Below are positions 1 to 9,714 of a DNA stretch of 64,000 nt, piece after piece. Made by a program: the position numbers and the translations under genes. Every line of letters begins with the position of its first letter. Within the stretch, counting starts at the first letter, position 1. A model generated the notes under the pieces. The model had not been told where the DNA came from, did not search any database, and saw nothing but the letters and a program-made list of their open reading frames with translations. This stretch comes from an uncultured Nitrososphaerales archaeon (lineage in GTDB: Archaea > Thermoproteota > Nitrososphaeria > Nitrososphaerales > Nitrososphaeraceae). The stretch spans positions 832,001-896,000 of the forward strand of contig CAVOHZ010000010.1 in NCBI GenBank assembly GCA_963695855.1. Reading direction: 5' to 3'.

Positions 1-1230
1 TCTTATCCTCAACTCTTCTCATCAATATATAATGAGGAAAGTAGCAAGGACTTTGTTGTTGGCGCCATTTTACCATTTACTGGTTCCTTTTCCTCTCTTG
101 GTAAATCTATCAAAGTAGCATTGGAAAAAGCTGAATATGATGTAAACAAACATTTTGAAAAAATGAATTCTTCATCACACTTTAATCTATTAATGGCTAA
201 TTCAAAGACAAGTCCAGAAGATAGCCTGGCAGCAATAAAAAAATTACATGAATATGGTGCAAATATTATTGTAGGACCTGCAATCGGGAGTACAGTTTAT
301 GCTGCCAAAGAATATGCAGATGCAAATAATATCATCCTTATTAGTTACTCCAGTACTTCCTCATCACTTTCTATTGAAGGAGACAATCTTTTTCGATTGG
401 TTCCTGACGATACAGACCAAGGAAGAATAGTTGCAGAAAGAATGATCAGTGACGGTATAAAAGTTATTGTTCCTATCTGGAGAGGCGGTTTATATTCAAA
501 TGATCTCTATAAATCTACTAAATCTTCTTTTGAACAGCTAGGAGGAAAAGTAGAAGAAGGTATTAATTATAAACCCTATACAGGAAAATTTGCCACTAGT
601 TTACATAGGATAAATTTCCTAATGTGGAATCAAGAATTAGAAAAATTAAATGCAATAGTCTCTGATGCAGTAAAAAAATATGGTGCTAAATCTGTAGGTG
701 TATATGTAATATCTTTTGACGAGATAACACCTATTTTAATTCAATCAACCATTTATGAAAACTTAGGAAAAGTAAGATGGTATGGAAGTGATAAAATAGC
801 ACAAAATCATCAGATAACAAAGAATGTTGATTCAGCATTATTTGCAATGAAAACAAATTTTTCTAATCCTTTATATTCAATAGATAGTGAGTCGAAGAAA
901 TATCATGATCTCAAAGAAGTATTAGAAAAACAATTACATGAAGTAAGTTCAATAACATATCCTGCACTAGCTTATGATTCTTATTGGATAGCGGCACTAA
1001 GCCTTGATAAAAATAATACTACTTTTAACAATAGTAATAATGGAAATTTAACCAAATCATTTGAAGAGATTATTCGTGAAACTGCAGATTCATTTGATGA
1101 GGGAATATCAGGAAAAATAAAACTTAACAAAGCAGGAGATCGCATTGGTGGAAATTATGATTTTTGGATTGTTGGTAAAGATAATGACACTCAAAACTAT
1201 GAATGGGAGAAAGAACATAAATTAGAATAG
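1..1230 (+). CDS. ABC transporter substrate-binding protein, LivJ/periplasmic binding type I (5' end outside window)
   Basis: Frame is open from base 1 (VVGAILPFTGSFSSLG); IVGP, ISYSST, FRLVPDD, YDSYW and GKIKLNKAGDR are typical of this family. Confidence 0.8.
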   Translation, partial: SYPQLFSSIYNEESSKDFVVGAILPFTGSFSSLGKSIKVALEKAEYDVNKHFEKMNSSSHFNLLMANSKTSPEDSLAAIKKLHEYGANIIVGPAIGSTVYAAKEYADANNIILISYSSTSSSLSIEGDNLFRLVPDDTDQGRIVAERMISDGIKVIVPIWRGGLYSNDLYKSTKSSFEQLGGKVEEGINYKPYTGKFATSLHRINFLMWNQELEKLNAIVSDAVKKYGAKSVGVYVISFDEITPILIQSTIYENLGKVRWYGSDKIAQNHQITKNVDSALFAMKTNFSNPLYSIDSESKKYHDLKEVLEKQLHEVSSITYPALAYDSYWIAALSLDKNNTTFNNSNNGNLTKSFEEIIRETADSFDEGISGKIKLNKAGDRIGGNYDFWIVGKDNDTQNYEWEKEHKLE

Positions 1231-1355
1231 CAAGCCTATTTAAAAATGGTAATATTTACATAAGTGATAGCGGAAATGTTCATTTTCGAGAAAATTATGT
1301 GTATAGTTAAATTATATAATTTACTTAAATATTTGTAGTAACTATAAATAAATAA

Positions 1356-2615
1356 TTGAAGGAACGTATGAAAAAATTCGGCATATTAAGTATTTGCTGT
1401 ATCGTTTTTTTATCAACTTTTTTATATATGACTATAAATAAAAATATATTTTATCATTTTCAAGAATTTGGTAACATTCCACATTTGATTACAACTTATT
1501 ATAGTTATTTAAATGATATATTACCAGTGTCAAAGGTTAGTTTTTCAGATAATCTATCTGTTTCAGCATCACATGATATAAGAAAGCTGATTAGCGTAGG
1601 TGGGATAAATGGCGATAATAAAACATCTAAACCATTTGAAGAAATTCAATATCCCAATAATATAAACATCACTCATAAAGACATTCAAAAATATTTTTTC
1701 TCTAAAAAGAGAAGTGAAATACATTCACCAGAAAATAATAGCCATACTTTAGAATTTGAAAATAAATCTATAGCACTTGTTAAACCTACTTTTACTGATG
1801 CAGCTTATAACAATTCATTCTATAATTTTTATAGACTCTATGCCAGTGTTCCTATTAATACAAATATCACTACTAATCTCAATTTGCTTTATAGTAAACT
1901 CTCTAATAACCAAGAAGGCGCAATTTCAAATGTTTTTGCTATGCTTAATATGATAAAAAATTTAAAATGGATAACAAATAACTCCAATATTACTGTAATA
2001 ATTGACCAAGATGTTGATTCTAACTCTATTTTCAATAAAGATGGATCAAATAAATACAATATTTTAATTCTTGGACATCAAGAATATGTCACCCAACAAG
2101 AATATGATAATTTGAAAGAATTTGTCTCTAATGGTGGAACTATGATCCTCTTGGATGGCAATGCATTATATGTTCAGGTAAAATACGATAACAGCACAAA
2201 TCAAATATCTCTAGTTAAAGGTCACGATTGGGCTTTCAACGGAAAGTCTGCATGGAAAAGTGTAGACGAAAGATGGAAAAATGAAACCTCTCAATGGGTA
2301 GGTAGTAATTATCTTTGTAATGTTTGCCATATATCCTATTTGCATAATCCATTTCAATACATACATCATGAAGAAAATTATATTACAAATCCAAATGATA
2401 TTATCCTCTTAAAATATCGATTTACTGATCCCGTGGATAATTTATCTAAAAATTTAGTAGTAGCAACATATGAATTGAATTATAAAAAAGGAAAAGTTAT
2501 TGCTTTAGGATTATACTCGGATGATATAATAAATAATGGAAATTTTGATAGATTTTTTGATAGTTTGTTAATTAAAGACGTATTCAAAAATAATTTGAGC
2601 CTATCCCAAAAATAG
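1356..2615 (+). CDS. Exported protein with N,N-dimethylformamidase beta-subunit-like/class I glutamine-amidotransferase-like domain
   Basis: N-terminal hydrophobic segment; LVKPTFTDAAY and ILGHQEYVT...FVSNGGTMILLDGNA motifs; stop codon lies inside the IS5 left end. Confidence 0.55.
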   Translation: MKERMKKFGILSICCIVFLSTFLYMTINKNIFYHFQEFGNIPHLITTYYSYLNDILPVSKVSFSDNLSVSASHDIRKLISVGGINGDNKTSKPFEEIQYPNNINITHKDIQKYFFSKKRSEIHSPENNSHTLEFENKSIALVKPTFTDAAYNNSFYNFYRLYASVPINTNITTNLNLLYSKLSNNQEGAISNVFAMLNMIKNLKWITNNSNITVIIDQDVDSNSIFNKDGSNKYNILILGHQEYVTQQEYDNLKEFVSNGGTMILLDGNALYVQVKYDNSTNQISLVKGHDWAFNGKSAWKSVDERWKNETSQWVGSNYLCNVCHISYLHNPFQYIHHEENYITNPNDIILLKYRFTDPVDNLSKNLVVATYELNYKKGKVIALGLYSDDIINNGNFDRFFDSLLIKDVFKNNLSLSQK

Positions 2616-3504
2616 ATAGGAATATAGCTCCTTTGTTTCTTACCATATCTGATAATGTTTGAGTAAGAGTAAAAAATATGTTAGAACAATTACACGTATT
2701 CCAGATGACCTTTGGTATGAAATAAAAAATATTTTACCAGATGAGAAACAGGAAAATACAATAGGCAGACCAATTATTCCATATAGAAAAGTATTTGATG
2801 GTATCATGTTTATCCTGAGAACTGGATGTCAGTGGAAAATGTTACCCAAAGAATATGGTTCTGGTTCAACATACCACAGAAGATTTCAGGAATGGAGAGA
2901 ATCACGTATATTTGATAAATTATGGAGTCTATTACTAAAATTATACGATAACAAGAGAGGAATAAAATGGAACTGGCAGTCACTTGACAGCATATGAATA
3001 AAATCACCTTTAGGGGGGCGATGACAGGTCATAATCCTACTGATAGAAGCAAATTAGGAACCAAAAGACATATTTTAACAGATAAAGAAGGCATTCCATT
3101 ATCTGCGATTATAACATCTGCAAATACTCATGATCTTACCGTTGCAATTGATACAGTTGATAGCATGGTTCTCAAAAGATCATCATATAAACTAAATGAT
3201 GGAAAGAAGAAAAAGAAGACTAAAAAGCAGAATCTATGTCTTGATAAAGCATATCATTCCAAAGATGTAGAACAAGAAATTATCAAGAGAGGATACATTC
3301 CACATATACGACACAGAAGAGAAGAACAAATATTTCGTAGAAAACATCCTGCAAGAAGATGGGTTGTAGAACGAACAAATTCATGGCATAACAGATTCAG
3401 GAAATTATTTACACGGTATGAAAAGAAAGAGGAAAACTATCTGGGTCTTGTACAATTGGCTAATAGCATAATTATCTACAGGAGGATAATTTTGGGATAG
3501 GCTC
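2597..3504 (+). mobile_element. IS5-family (IS427-like) insertion sequence
   Basis: Perfect 15-bp terminal inverted repeats GAGCCTATCCCAAAA (2597-2611 and 3490-3504) enclosing a two-part transposase. Confidence 0.9.
2659..3500 (+). pseudogene. IS5 transposase (two-frame, with a premature TGA)
   Basis: LRTGCQW..LP, LDS, DKAY and RWVVERTNSW motifs; TGA at 2995-2997 interrupts LDSI*IKSPLGG just before the G6 frameshift site. Confidence 0.8.
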
Positions 3505-3563
3505 TAAGTATCAAATATCAATATTCAACATTTTAATATTATATTATTATAAAAAGATACAAT

Positions 3564-4043
3564 ATGAAAATATTGAATGCTGGACCCGGTTTCAGTCAAC
3601 CAATGACAGAAGATGAAACTATAGCATTTCTTACTTCTGGAAGAAGAAATATCTACATTGCAAGTTTAGATGAAAAGAAAGAACCAAATATTCATCCTGT
3701 CTGGTATTATTTTGATTCATCAAATCAAAAATTCTACATTGAAACATCTAAATATTCAAAGAAAAAAAAGAATTTAGAAAATAATAAAATAGTATATTTT
3801 TGTGTAGATGAACCAAATATTCCATATAAAGGGGTAAGAGGAAAAGCAAAGGTAGACATTATTCAAGATATTGATAGTATTGTTCCAATTTGTGAAAGGA
3901 ATATGAAGAAATATCTTGGAAGTCTAGAACATCCAATGGCAAAAGAATTGGTTAATCTTGCTAAAAGAGGTGAATCAGTAGCAATAGAAATCTCTCCATT
4001 GTATTTTTCTACTTGGGATGATGGTAAAGTAAAATTTCAATAA
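3564..4043 (+). CDS. Pyridoxamine 5'-phosphate oxidase-like flavin/F420-binding split-barrel protein
   Basis: P.IHPVWY, SKKKKNL and YKGVRGKAKV motifs. Confidence 0.8.
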   Translation: MKILNAGPGFSQPMTEDETIAFLTSGRRNIYIASLDEKKEPNIHPVWYYFDSSNQKFYIETSKYSKKKKNLENNKIVYFCVDEPNIPYKGVRGKAKVDIIQDIDSIVPICERNMKKYLGSLEHPMAKELVNLAKRGESVAIEISPLYFSTWDDGKVKFQ

Positions 4044-4117
4044 ATATGATGCATTTATAAAAAATGGCGACAATTTTGTCCCTGTTTCCACTTTAGAATA
4101 TATTATGTTTCTCTCTT

Positions 4118-4537
4118 TCATTTACAATATCTAACATCGCCTGTCTGCCTCTCTTTTTTTGATTTATAGTATTCCTCGGTTTCATCAACCCTCATGTTAA
4201 CAATATCCACGAAGCGGACACTATCATGTTCAAATTGATGTATTATATGAGTTAATTCCTCGATGGTTGGACGTGGCTCTGTATATAAAAATCGAGTACA
4301 GATATCAGTATTTACGAGATATCTATTTCCAAACATTTCACCTATCTTAATCATTCCATCCAGTCTGCGTACACGATAACGAAGGGCTTTTTCATGCCTT
4401 GACATTCTAGTAGAATCCCATTTTGGATGTTTGCATTTTGCACAGTATCGGGGTTTGGGTTTCTCCCTGCGGCTTATCCACTTCTAGCCACATCTCTCGC
4501 ATTCGTATTCTACTGCTTCTATTATTCTTTGAGGCAT
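4118..4537 (-). pseudogene. Zn-ribbon protein (CERC...CAKC) with in-frame TAG
   Basis: ATG at 4537 reads MPQRIIEAVEYECERCG*KWISRREKPKPRYCAKCKHPKW, in frame with the listed 4118..4405 ORF; TAG at 4484-4486. Confidence 0.65.
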
Positions 4538-4551
4538 TTTGCTACTAACTA

Positions 4552-4597
4552 AACTTTACTAATGGTGAAGTTAAGTATCTTTACTAATAGTAAAGTT
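4552..4597. promoter_or_regulatory. Two tandem imperfect palindromes (putative operators)
   Basis: AACTTTACTAATGGTGAAGTT (4552-4572) and ATCTTTACTAATAGTAAAGTT (4577-4597) lie just upstream of the Zn-ribbon gene start. Confidence 0.5.
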
Positions 4598-4614
4598 TGA
4601 AGAAAGGCCATACT

Positions 4615-4770
4615 TCATTTCTGTGGTTGTTGTTTGCCTTTATTATCATAGAAGTTTAGCAACGTTTCGATAACATCCTCATAACCCTTCCCAATGCACC
4701 CATATTTTGAAAGTCTAACTAGTGTTTCAGATTTTAATCGAACTACAATAGGAAAGTGAGCCTCTCCCAT
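4615..4770 (-). pseudogene. Ribbon-helix-helix (CopG-like) regulator, frameshifted
   Basis: MGEAHFPIVVRLKSETLVRLSKYGALG, then a shifted frame giving GYEDVIETLLNFYDNK; strand-helix-helix pattern. Confidence 0.5.
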
Positions 4771-5130
4771 GCTAGCAAAAATACCTGTAAACGTCTTTAA
4801 TCGAACTATTATAGGATTGAAAAAGAAAGTGACGGGATTCTATTTTTTTAAGATCCAAACGATGAACGTGCTTAATTATTGTTACAAAAAAATCAAAAAG
4901 AGAAAATTTTTTTTAAAAACAAATAATAGATGGGAAATATAATCTTCGAGTAATGAATCCAAACAATAGGATTCGAGGCGAGCATATTGTTCCCGCTCAA
5001 GGCTCGTCCTTTAAGCATAAATTTTAGTATTTTTGAAAAATCAGCCTTGCGTACTTAAGGGTATCGACACAACTTCATATCAGAATTCGTATATATCATC
5101 ATGTTGCATTAATAAGGTTGAAATTAAGTC

Positions 5131-5481
5131 ATGGGGAAACAAAAAAATAAATCTGTTAATACCAAGGCAAAGATTTCTGATAAAGGTATCAGTACAAATA
5201 AAGACAATAGACCGACTGGAGTAACAACAAGAAGGAATAGAATTTTATCAAGTCAGAAAATTGTAGGAAAAGATATGGTGAAGCGACAGCCTACAGGAAG
5301 TAGTAGGAAATTATGCATGGGGGTAACTATGGATAAAGAATTCCTTGACCGATACTTAGATAAACATGCAGCTGAATTGAAAATGACAAGGAGCTGGCTT
5401 GCATATTCAATACTTAGAATGTACTATGGTTTACCAGTAGAACAAAAGATAAAGAAACCATTTTGGTCTTTTAAAAAATAA
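5131..5481 (+). CDS. Basic protein with C-terminal ribbon-helix-helix-like domain
   Basis: MGVTMDKEFLDRYLDKHAAELKMTRSWLAYSIL fits the RHH pattern. Confidence 0.5.
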   Translation: MGKQKNKSVNTKAKISDKGISTNKDNRPTGVTTRRNRILSSQKIVGKDMVKRQPTGSSRKLCMGVTMDKEFLDRYLDKHAAELKMTRSWLAYSILRMYYGLPVEQKIKKPFWSFKK

Positions 5482-6014
5482 TTTATCTACAACAACGAAT
5501 TTACTGTAAGACTCATTAAAAAAATTCAGAAAAGAAGATTAAAAAGAATATTATAAAGAATATTATGAATAACAGATAAAATAACCTGGAGAAAAAACGA
5601 TTCAACATTAGTTATTTAAATATCAAATCGGTATTTAATTATATTTTTACATTTAGTAAATACTTCAATATTATAAATCATGTTATCATTTCCATTCATA
5701 AATCTTAAATAATTTTTCTTGTTACCAAAACATTAGAATTTATTATTGCAACGATATCGGTATTACATCTCACGCGTCCATTATATTTAGGATTTTATTT
5801 ATGGTATAATACATTATCTAATCAATTTTAGTTATGTACATGAGAAATTGGAAAAGAGACAATAAATTTTTAGTAAAAATAGGTATATTATTTGGTTATG
5901 ATTTTTCTGAAGTAGATGCGGTAAGTAAGAATCATGAATCTTAGAAATGAAATATGGCGTCATGCTGTAAAGCTATCAATAAATATGAAATCAATGCAAT
6001 TAATGAGTAAATAA

Positions 6015-6444
6015 ATGGGTAGAGCATCACAAGTATTTGGATATCTTTTTGGTTTCATAATCCTATTAACAGGACTTATTAATTGTAACAGCATTGGCTC
6101 AGCCTTTGCTGTTTTTAGGTGGTATTCCTATAATTGGTTTATTAGTAACAATCTTTGGATTTGCCATTATGTATCTAGGACATAGGTCAAGACCTACAAA
6201 AGAAAAGGAGATGTTGAAGATGCAGGATGAGGAGTATTTTAGAGAACAAAAGTTGAAGGAGGAATTGGAAAAGAGAGAGACAAAGGAGATGGAAAAAGCG
6301 GAAAAAGGAAAGAGAAAAAGAATAGACATGAAATTAAATTTTTTAAATTTGTATCGCAATAACATATTATACTTTCATCTAATTTGCATTGTGTGTTATA
6401 CCTCATTATCTGAAAACTTAATGCAAAATAAAATCATAAAATAA
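6015..6444 (+). pseudogene. Membrane protein with charged coiled-coil tail, probably frameshifted near 6075
   Basis: A hydrophobic N-terminus from ATG 6015 joins the 6094 ORF after a 1-nt shift. Confidence 0.4.
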
Positions 6445-6816
6445 AAGATATAAAATAATTTTATTACTTTTGCAGATAGAATTTCTTACGAAGCACAATG
6501 TATCTTTTAAACAATTCGATCTAATTTTTGTATTGTAATAAATTCTATTCAATAACATTAATACACTTATTTGCATAGTTGAAAAATTCCGATATTTTAG
6601 AAGTATGCATAAACTACTTACTGATTTAAAAATAAAAATGAACAGAATGAATTGTTGACAAAATTATATAGGATAACTATTCCATAATACAATTTTGAGC
6701 AAAGTCACGAATATTTCTTATATTTTTTTGCAAATAATATGTAGAATGTTTTTCTGTAATTAGATTACCTCTTCATGTGACGTTATACTAAAATAAGTAA
6801 ATTCCTTATCAATAAT

Positions 6817-7077
6817 ATGACAAATAGAAGCAGAACAGAAATAGTTTGTAATATACTTGATGCCGCAAATGGAGGGGCAACCAAGACAAAAATTATGTAC
6901 ATAGCTTTTGTAAGTTATATTCAATTAAAAGAGTATCTTTCTATTTTGATAGAATACAAGCTAATAGAATATATTGATGGGACTCGCACATTCAAGACCA
7001 CAGAAAAGGGATTAAACTTTCTTAAAATGCATAACGAAATGGGAGAATTATTACAAAATACCATCGAAAATAACTAA
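6817..7077 (+). CDS. Winged-helix transcription regulator (HTH_45/ArnR1-like)
   Basis: RSRTEIV.NIL...GATKTKIMY...FKTTEKG pattern. Confidence 0.85.
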   Translation: MTNRSRTEIVCNILDAANGGATKTKIMYIAFVSYIQLKEYLSILIEYKLIEYIDGTRTFKTTEKGLNFLKMHNEMGELLQNTIENN

Positions 7078-7819
7078 TTAATTTTATAATCTAAGGTATC
7101 GTAACAACTGAAGAATCTTGAATAGTTGGTGACTAATCAGTAACGAACTATTACACAGATTATATATCATTTTTTAATATGATATTATAGTTTCACACTC
7201 ATTGATTTGTTGTGATTAAATATGGGATCATAGTTGATGGTGATTCACTTCAGGACCGACTTTTTATTTTGCAGCGCTATAAGGGAATCAATAATGTCTC
7301 AAAAACATTATTTCAACCACCTTTGACCTTTTTTATTATGACAACAATTTGTAATACAATAAATAATATTTAAATATTATCTTATTTATTACTAAAACAT
7401 TAGTTTCTTATTTTTGCACCGCTATAGGTATTACTGCCGATGGTTATGTGCCTGTTCATAGGTCTGTAGATCTATTTTTTATAGGATCTATTACCATTGG
7501 TGTCTTTCCAAATTCACTTGGTAATTCTATCGATGTTGCATTATCTGGAATTACATCATATTTTAATATCTGTTTATCTACATCATAAACAGGATAATAC
7601 AATTCAACTATCACAATATCTTCTATAATCTGCTGTAATACTCTCATGTTTATTCAGACTATCCTGATTTACATTTAATTGAATCTTAGATAATTAAATT
7701 TTCTAAAAACATACATGTATTACACATTTCCATGAAAAAGAAAAAATAGACATAGTTAAAAATACATTCATGTTAGTGGTAACTAACAAAAAATCCCAAA
7801 TTCGATATTCTTTGATTTT

Positions 7820-8989
7820 TTAATTAAATTTAACAATTTCAATCCAATTTGGATCTTTACCCGACTCATACCGATCCAAGAGTTTTAATTCACCAGTTTC
7901 TGGATTGATCGCATGTACCGATACATGATCTGATTTTTGTCCTGCTACAATCACAAAATTGCCCTTAGGATCAATGTTAATACCACGTGGCATCTTTTCA
8001 GTATCGTAAGTTCCAACGTAAGTCAAATTACCTAAGTGACGGTCAACAGCAAATGCGCTAATTGTGTTGGTAGCTCTTTCACTTACGTATAACCATTTAC
8101 CATCAGGTGTTATGTGAATATCTGCAACTTTAATAATGGTAGATTCCCCATCAGCCATACCTTGGGCACCATATCCAGCTACAGGAGATGATGGTTCAAG
8201 GTTAATGTTAGGAGGGATTACTGAAATTCTCTGGATTTCCGTTAAAATCCCTGTCTTGTTATTAATCTCATAAGAATAAACCGTACCATCCATTTCATTT
8301 GATACATAAACAAACTTATTATTTGGTGAAAAATCAAAATGGCGTGGTCCAGAACCATCTTTAGTATATACAACATCAGGATCATTTGGTGTAAGAGCCC
8401 CAGTGGATTCATTAAACAAATATTGTTTTATCTGATCATTTCCTAACTGAGGTACATACACAAATCGGTTGGATGCATCAACTAAAATTGAATGGGGTTT
8501 TGGACCCGTGGGAATCACCTGTACAGGTTCTGCTTGGACGAAACCTTTGAGGTCTATTGGGTTTACCGCAATTTTCGCACCGGTATAGGATGCTGATAAA
8601 AGAAAACGTCCGGTTTGATCTACTGAGATATATGCCATGTTATCTGGTAATGGTTCTTTAGAAAGATGAGTTAGGTTACCACTCTCAGAATTAATTGAAT
8701 AAGATATTACTGAAAAAGGTTCTGAACGAACAGACGCATAAAGGAACCGATGATCCGGACTCAATGTCATATGCATTACGTTTGGCCCGGCAGGTACCTT
8801 TTCCACCAATTTCATATCACCTGTTTCAGGGTTTAACTTCATGATTGCAATATTTCCATCACCACCATTAGAAACATACACAAACGTTCTATCTGAATTA
8901 GCATAAACAAACGTTCTATCTGAATTAGTCTGATTTATTACCATAAATAAAATCGCAATCACTAGCGCACCCACAATAATTCTAAGCAC
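7820..8989 (-). CDS. 7-bladed beta-propeller lactonase (6-phosphogluconolactonase YbhE/cycloisomerase 2 family) with N-terminal signal/anchor
   Basis: PHSI, GSGPRHFDF, ADIHITPDGKWLYVSER, PRG and PNWI motifs. Confidence 0.85.
   Translation of the reverse strand: MLRIIVGALVIAILFMVINQTNSDRTFVYANSDRTFVYVSNGGDGNIAIMKLNPETGDMKLVEKVPAGPNVMHMTLSPDHRFLYASVRSEPFSVISYSINSESGNLTHLSKEPLPDNMAYISVDQTGRFLLSASYTGAKIAVNPIDLKGFVQAEPVQVIPTGPKPHSILVDASNRFVYVPQLGNDQIKQYLFNESTGALTPNDPDVVYTKDGSGPRHFDFSPNNKFVYVSNEMDGTVYSYEINNKTGILTEIQRISVIPPNINLEPSSPVAGYGAQGMADGESTIIKVADIHITPDGKWLYVSERATNTISAFAVDRHLGNLTYVGTYDTEKMPRGINIDPKGNFVIVAGQKSDHVSVHAINPETGELKLLDRYESGKDPNWIEIVKFN
8880..8928. repeat. In-frame 27-bp tandem duplication (NSDRTFVY x2)
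   Basis: ACAAACGTTCTATCTGAATTAG at 8880 and 8907. Confidence 0.85.
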
Positions 8990-9196
8990 GAAACTATGCA
9001 GTGTTTTTTTGTTATTATTAATTTATCTATATGTTATTGTCAGTAGATATTATAGCTTGAACCAACTTTTTGGAATCACTTGAAATAAAGATTAATCAAA
9101 AAAGATCCATGTAAATAGAAAACATTTTGTATTCTATTCTAATAGCCATTTCGATATCTATAATAACAATGACTAAAATCCTTAAATATTTGAAAA

Positions 9197-9514
9197 ATGC
9201 AACCAGTTGACAAAAATGGTAGGAAATCAAATTATTCATTTCTAACAAAATCAGAATATGAATTACTCAATGGAAAAGGAGAACAATCTATTTCAAAAAA
9301 CTTTAGATATAAAATGCTATCAAATAATAAAAAGGAGGTTCGCATATTCTTGGAAAATGTATTACCACTACTTGTAGAAAATAACTTGATTTCCTTTGGT
9401 TATGACAGTTACAATTTTGATCCCAATATTGTAGGAAATATTGAAAATGATAATGACTTTAAGCAAAAGGTCGCTCGATCGAATCTCGCTCAAGTCTGTA
9501 ATACAGAAAACTAA
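9197..9514 (+). CDS. Hypothetical protein whose 3' end reads through a tRNA-like segment
   Basis: 105-aa ORF; the C-terminal KQKVARSNLAQV is encoded by the tRNA-like sequence. Confidence 0.45.
   Translation: MQPVDKNGRKSNYSFLTKSEYELLNGKGEQSISKNFRYKMLSNNKKEVRIFLENVLPLLVENNLISFGYDSYNFDPNIVGNIENDNDFKQKVARSNLAQVCNTEN
9460..9497 (+). other. Degenerate tRNA 3' half (tRNA-Thr-like), possible att site remnant
   Basis: TAAGCAAAAGGTCGCTCGATCGAATCTCGCTCAAGTCT resembles an archaeal tRNA anticodon arm-T arm-acceptor segment; no 5' half upstream. Confidence 0.5.
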
Positions 9515-9576
9515 AAAATATAATATTATCTGATATACCTAAAAATGGTAATTAGCTTAATCTCAAACAGTGACAG

Positions 9577-9714
9577 TTATTCACCTTCATATTTCTCTTC
9601 TTCCACTTCATCTTCTTCTTCCTGTTTATCATCCTCTATGTGATGAACTTCATCCTTAGTTTCTTCTCTTTCAGTTTGTTCACCTTCTTCGTCATTTTCA
9701 GATTTATTACTCAT
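9577..9714 (-). CDS. Small highly acidic protein (45 aa)
   Basis: MSNKSENDEEGEQTEREETKDEVHHIEDDKQEEEDEVEEEKYEGE; below the ORF-track length cutoff. Confidence 0.45.
   Translation of the reverse strand: MSNKSENDEEGEQTEREETKDEVHHIEDDKQEEEDEVEEEKYEGE

Noticed and set aside
4484-4486. In-frame TAG as pyrrolysine
   Set aside because: No pyl machinery is seen, the lineage is not known to use Pyl, and the neighbouring gene is also broken
9460-9497. Functional or split tRNA gene
   Set aside because: The T-stem is mismatched and there is no 5' half or trans-splicing leader
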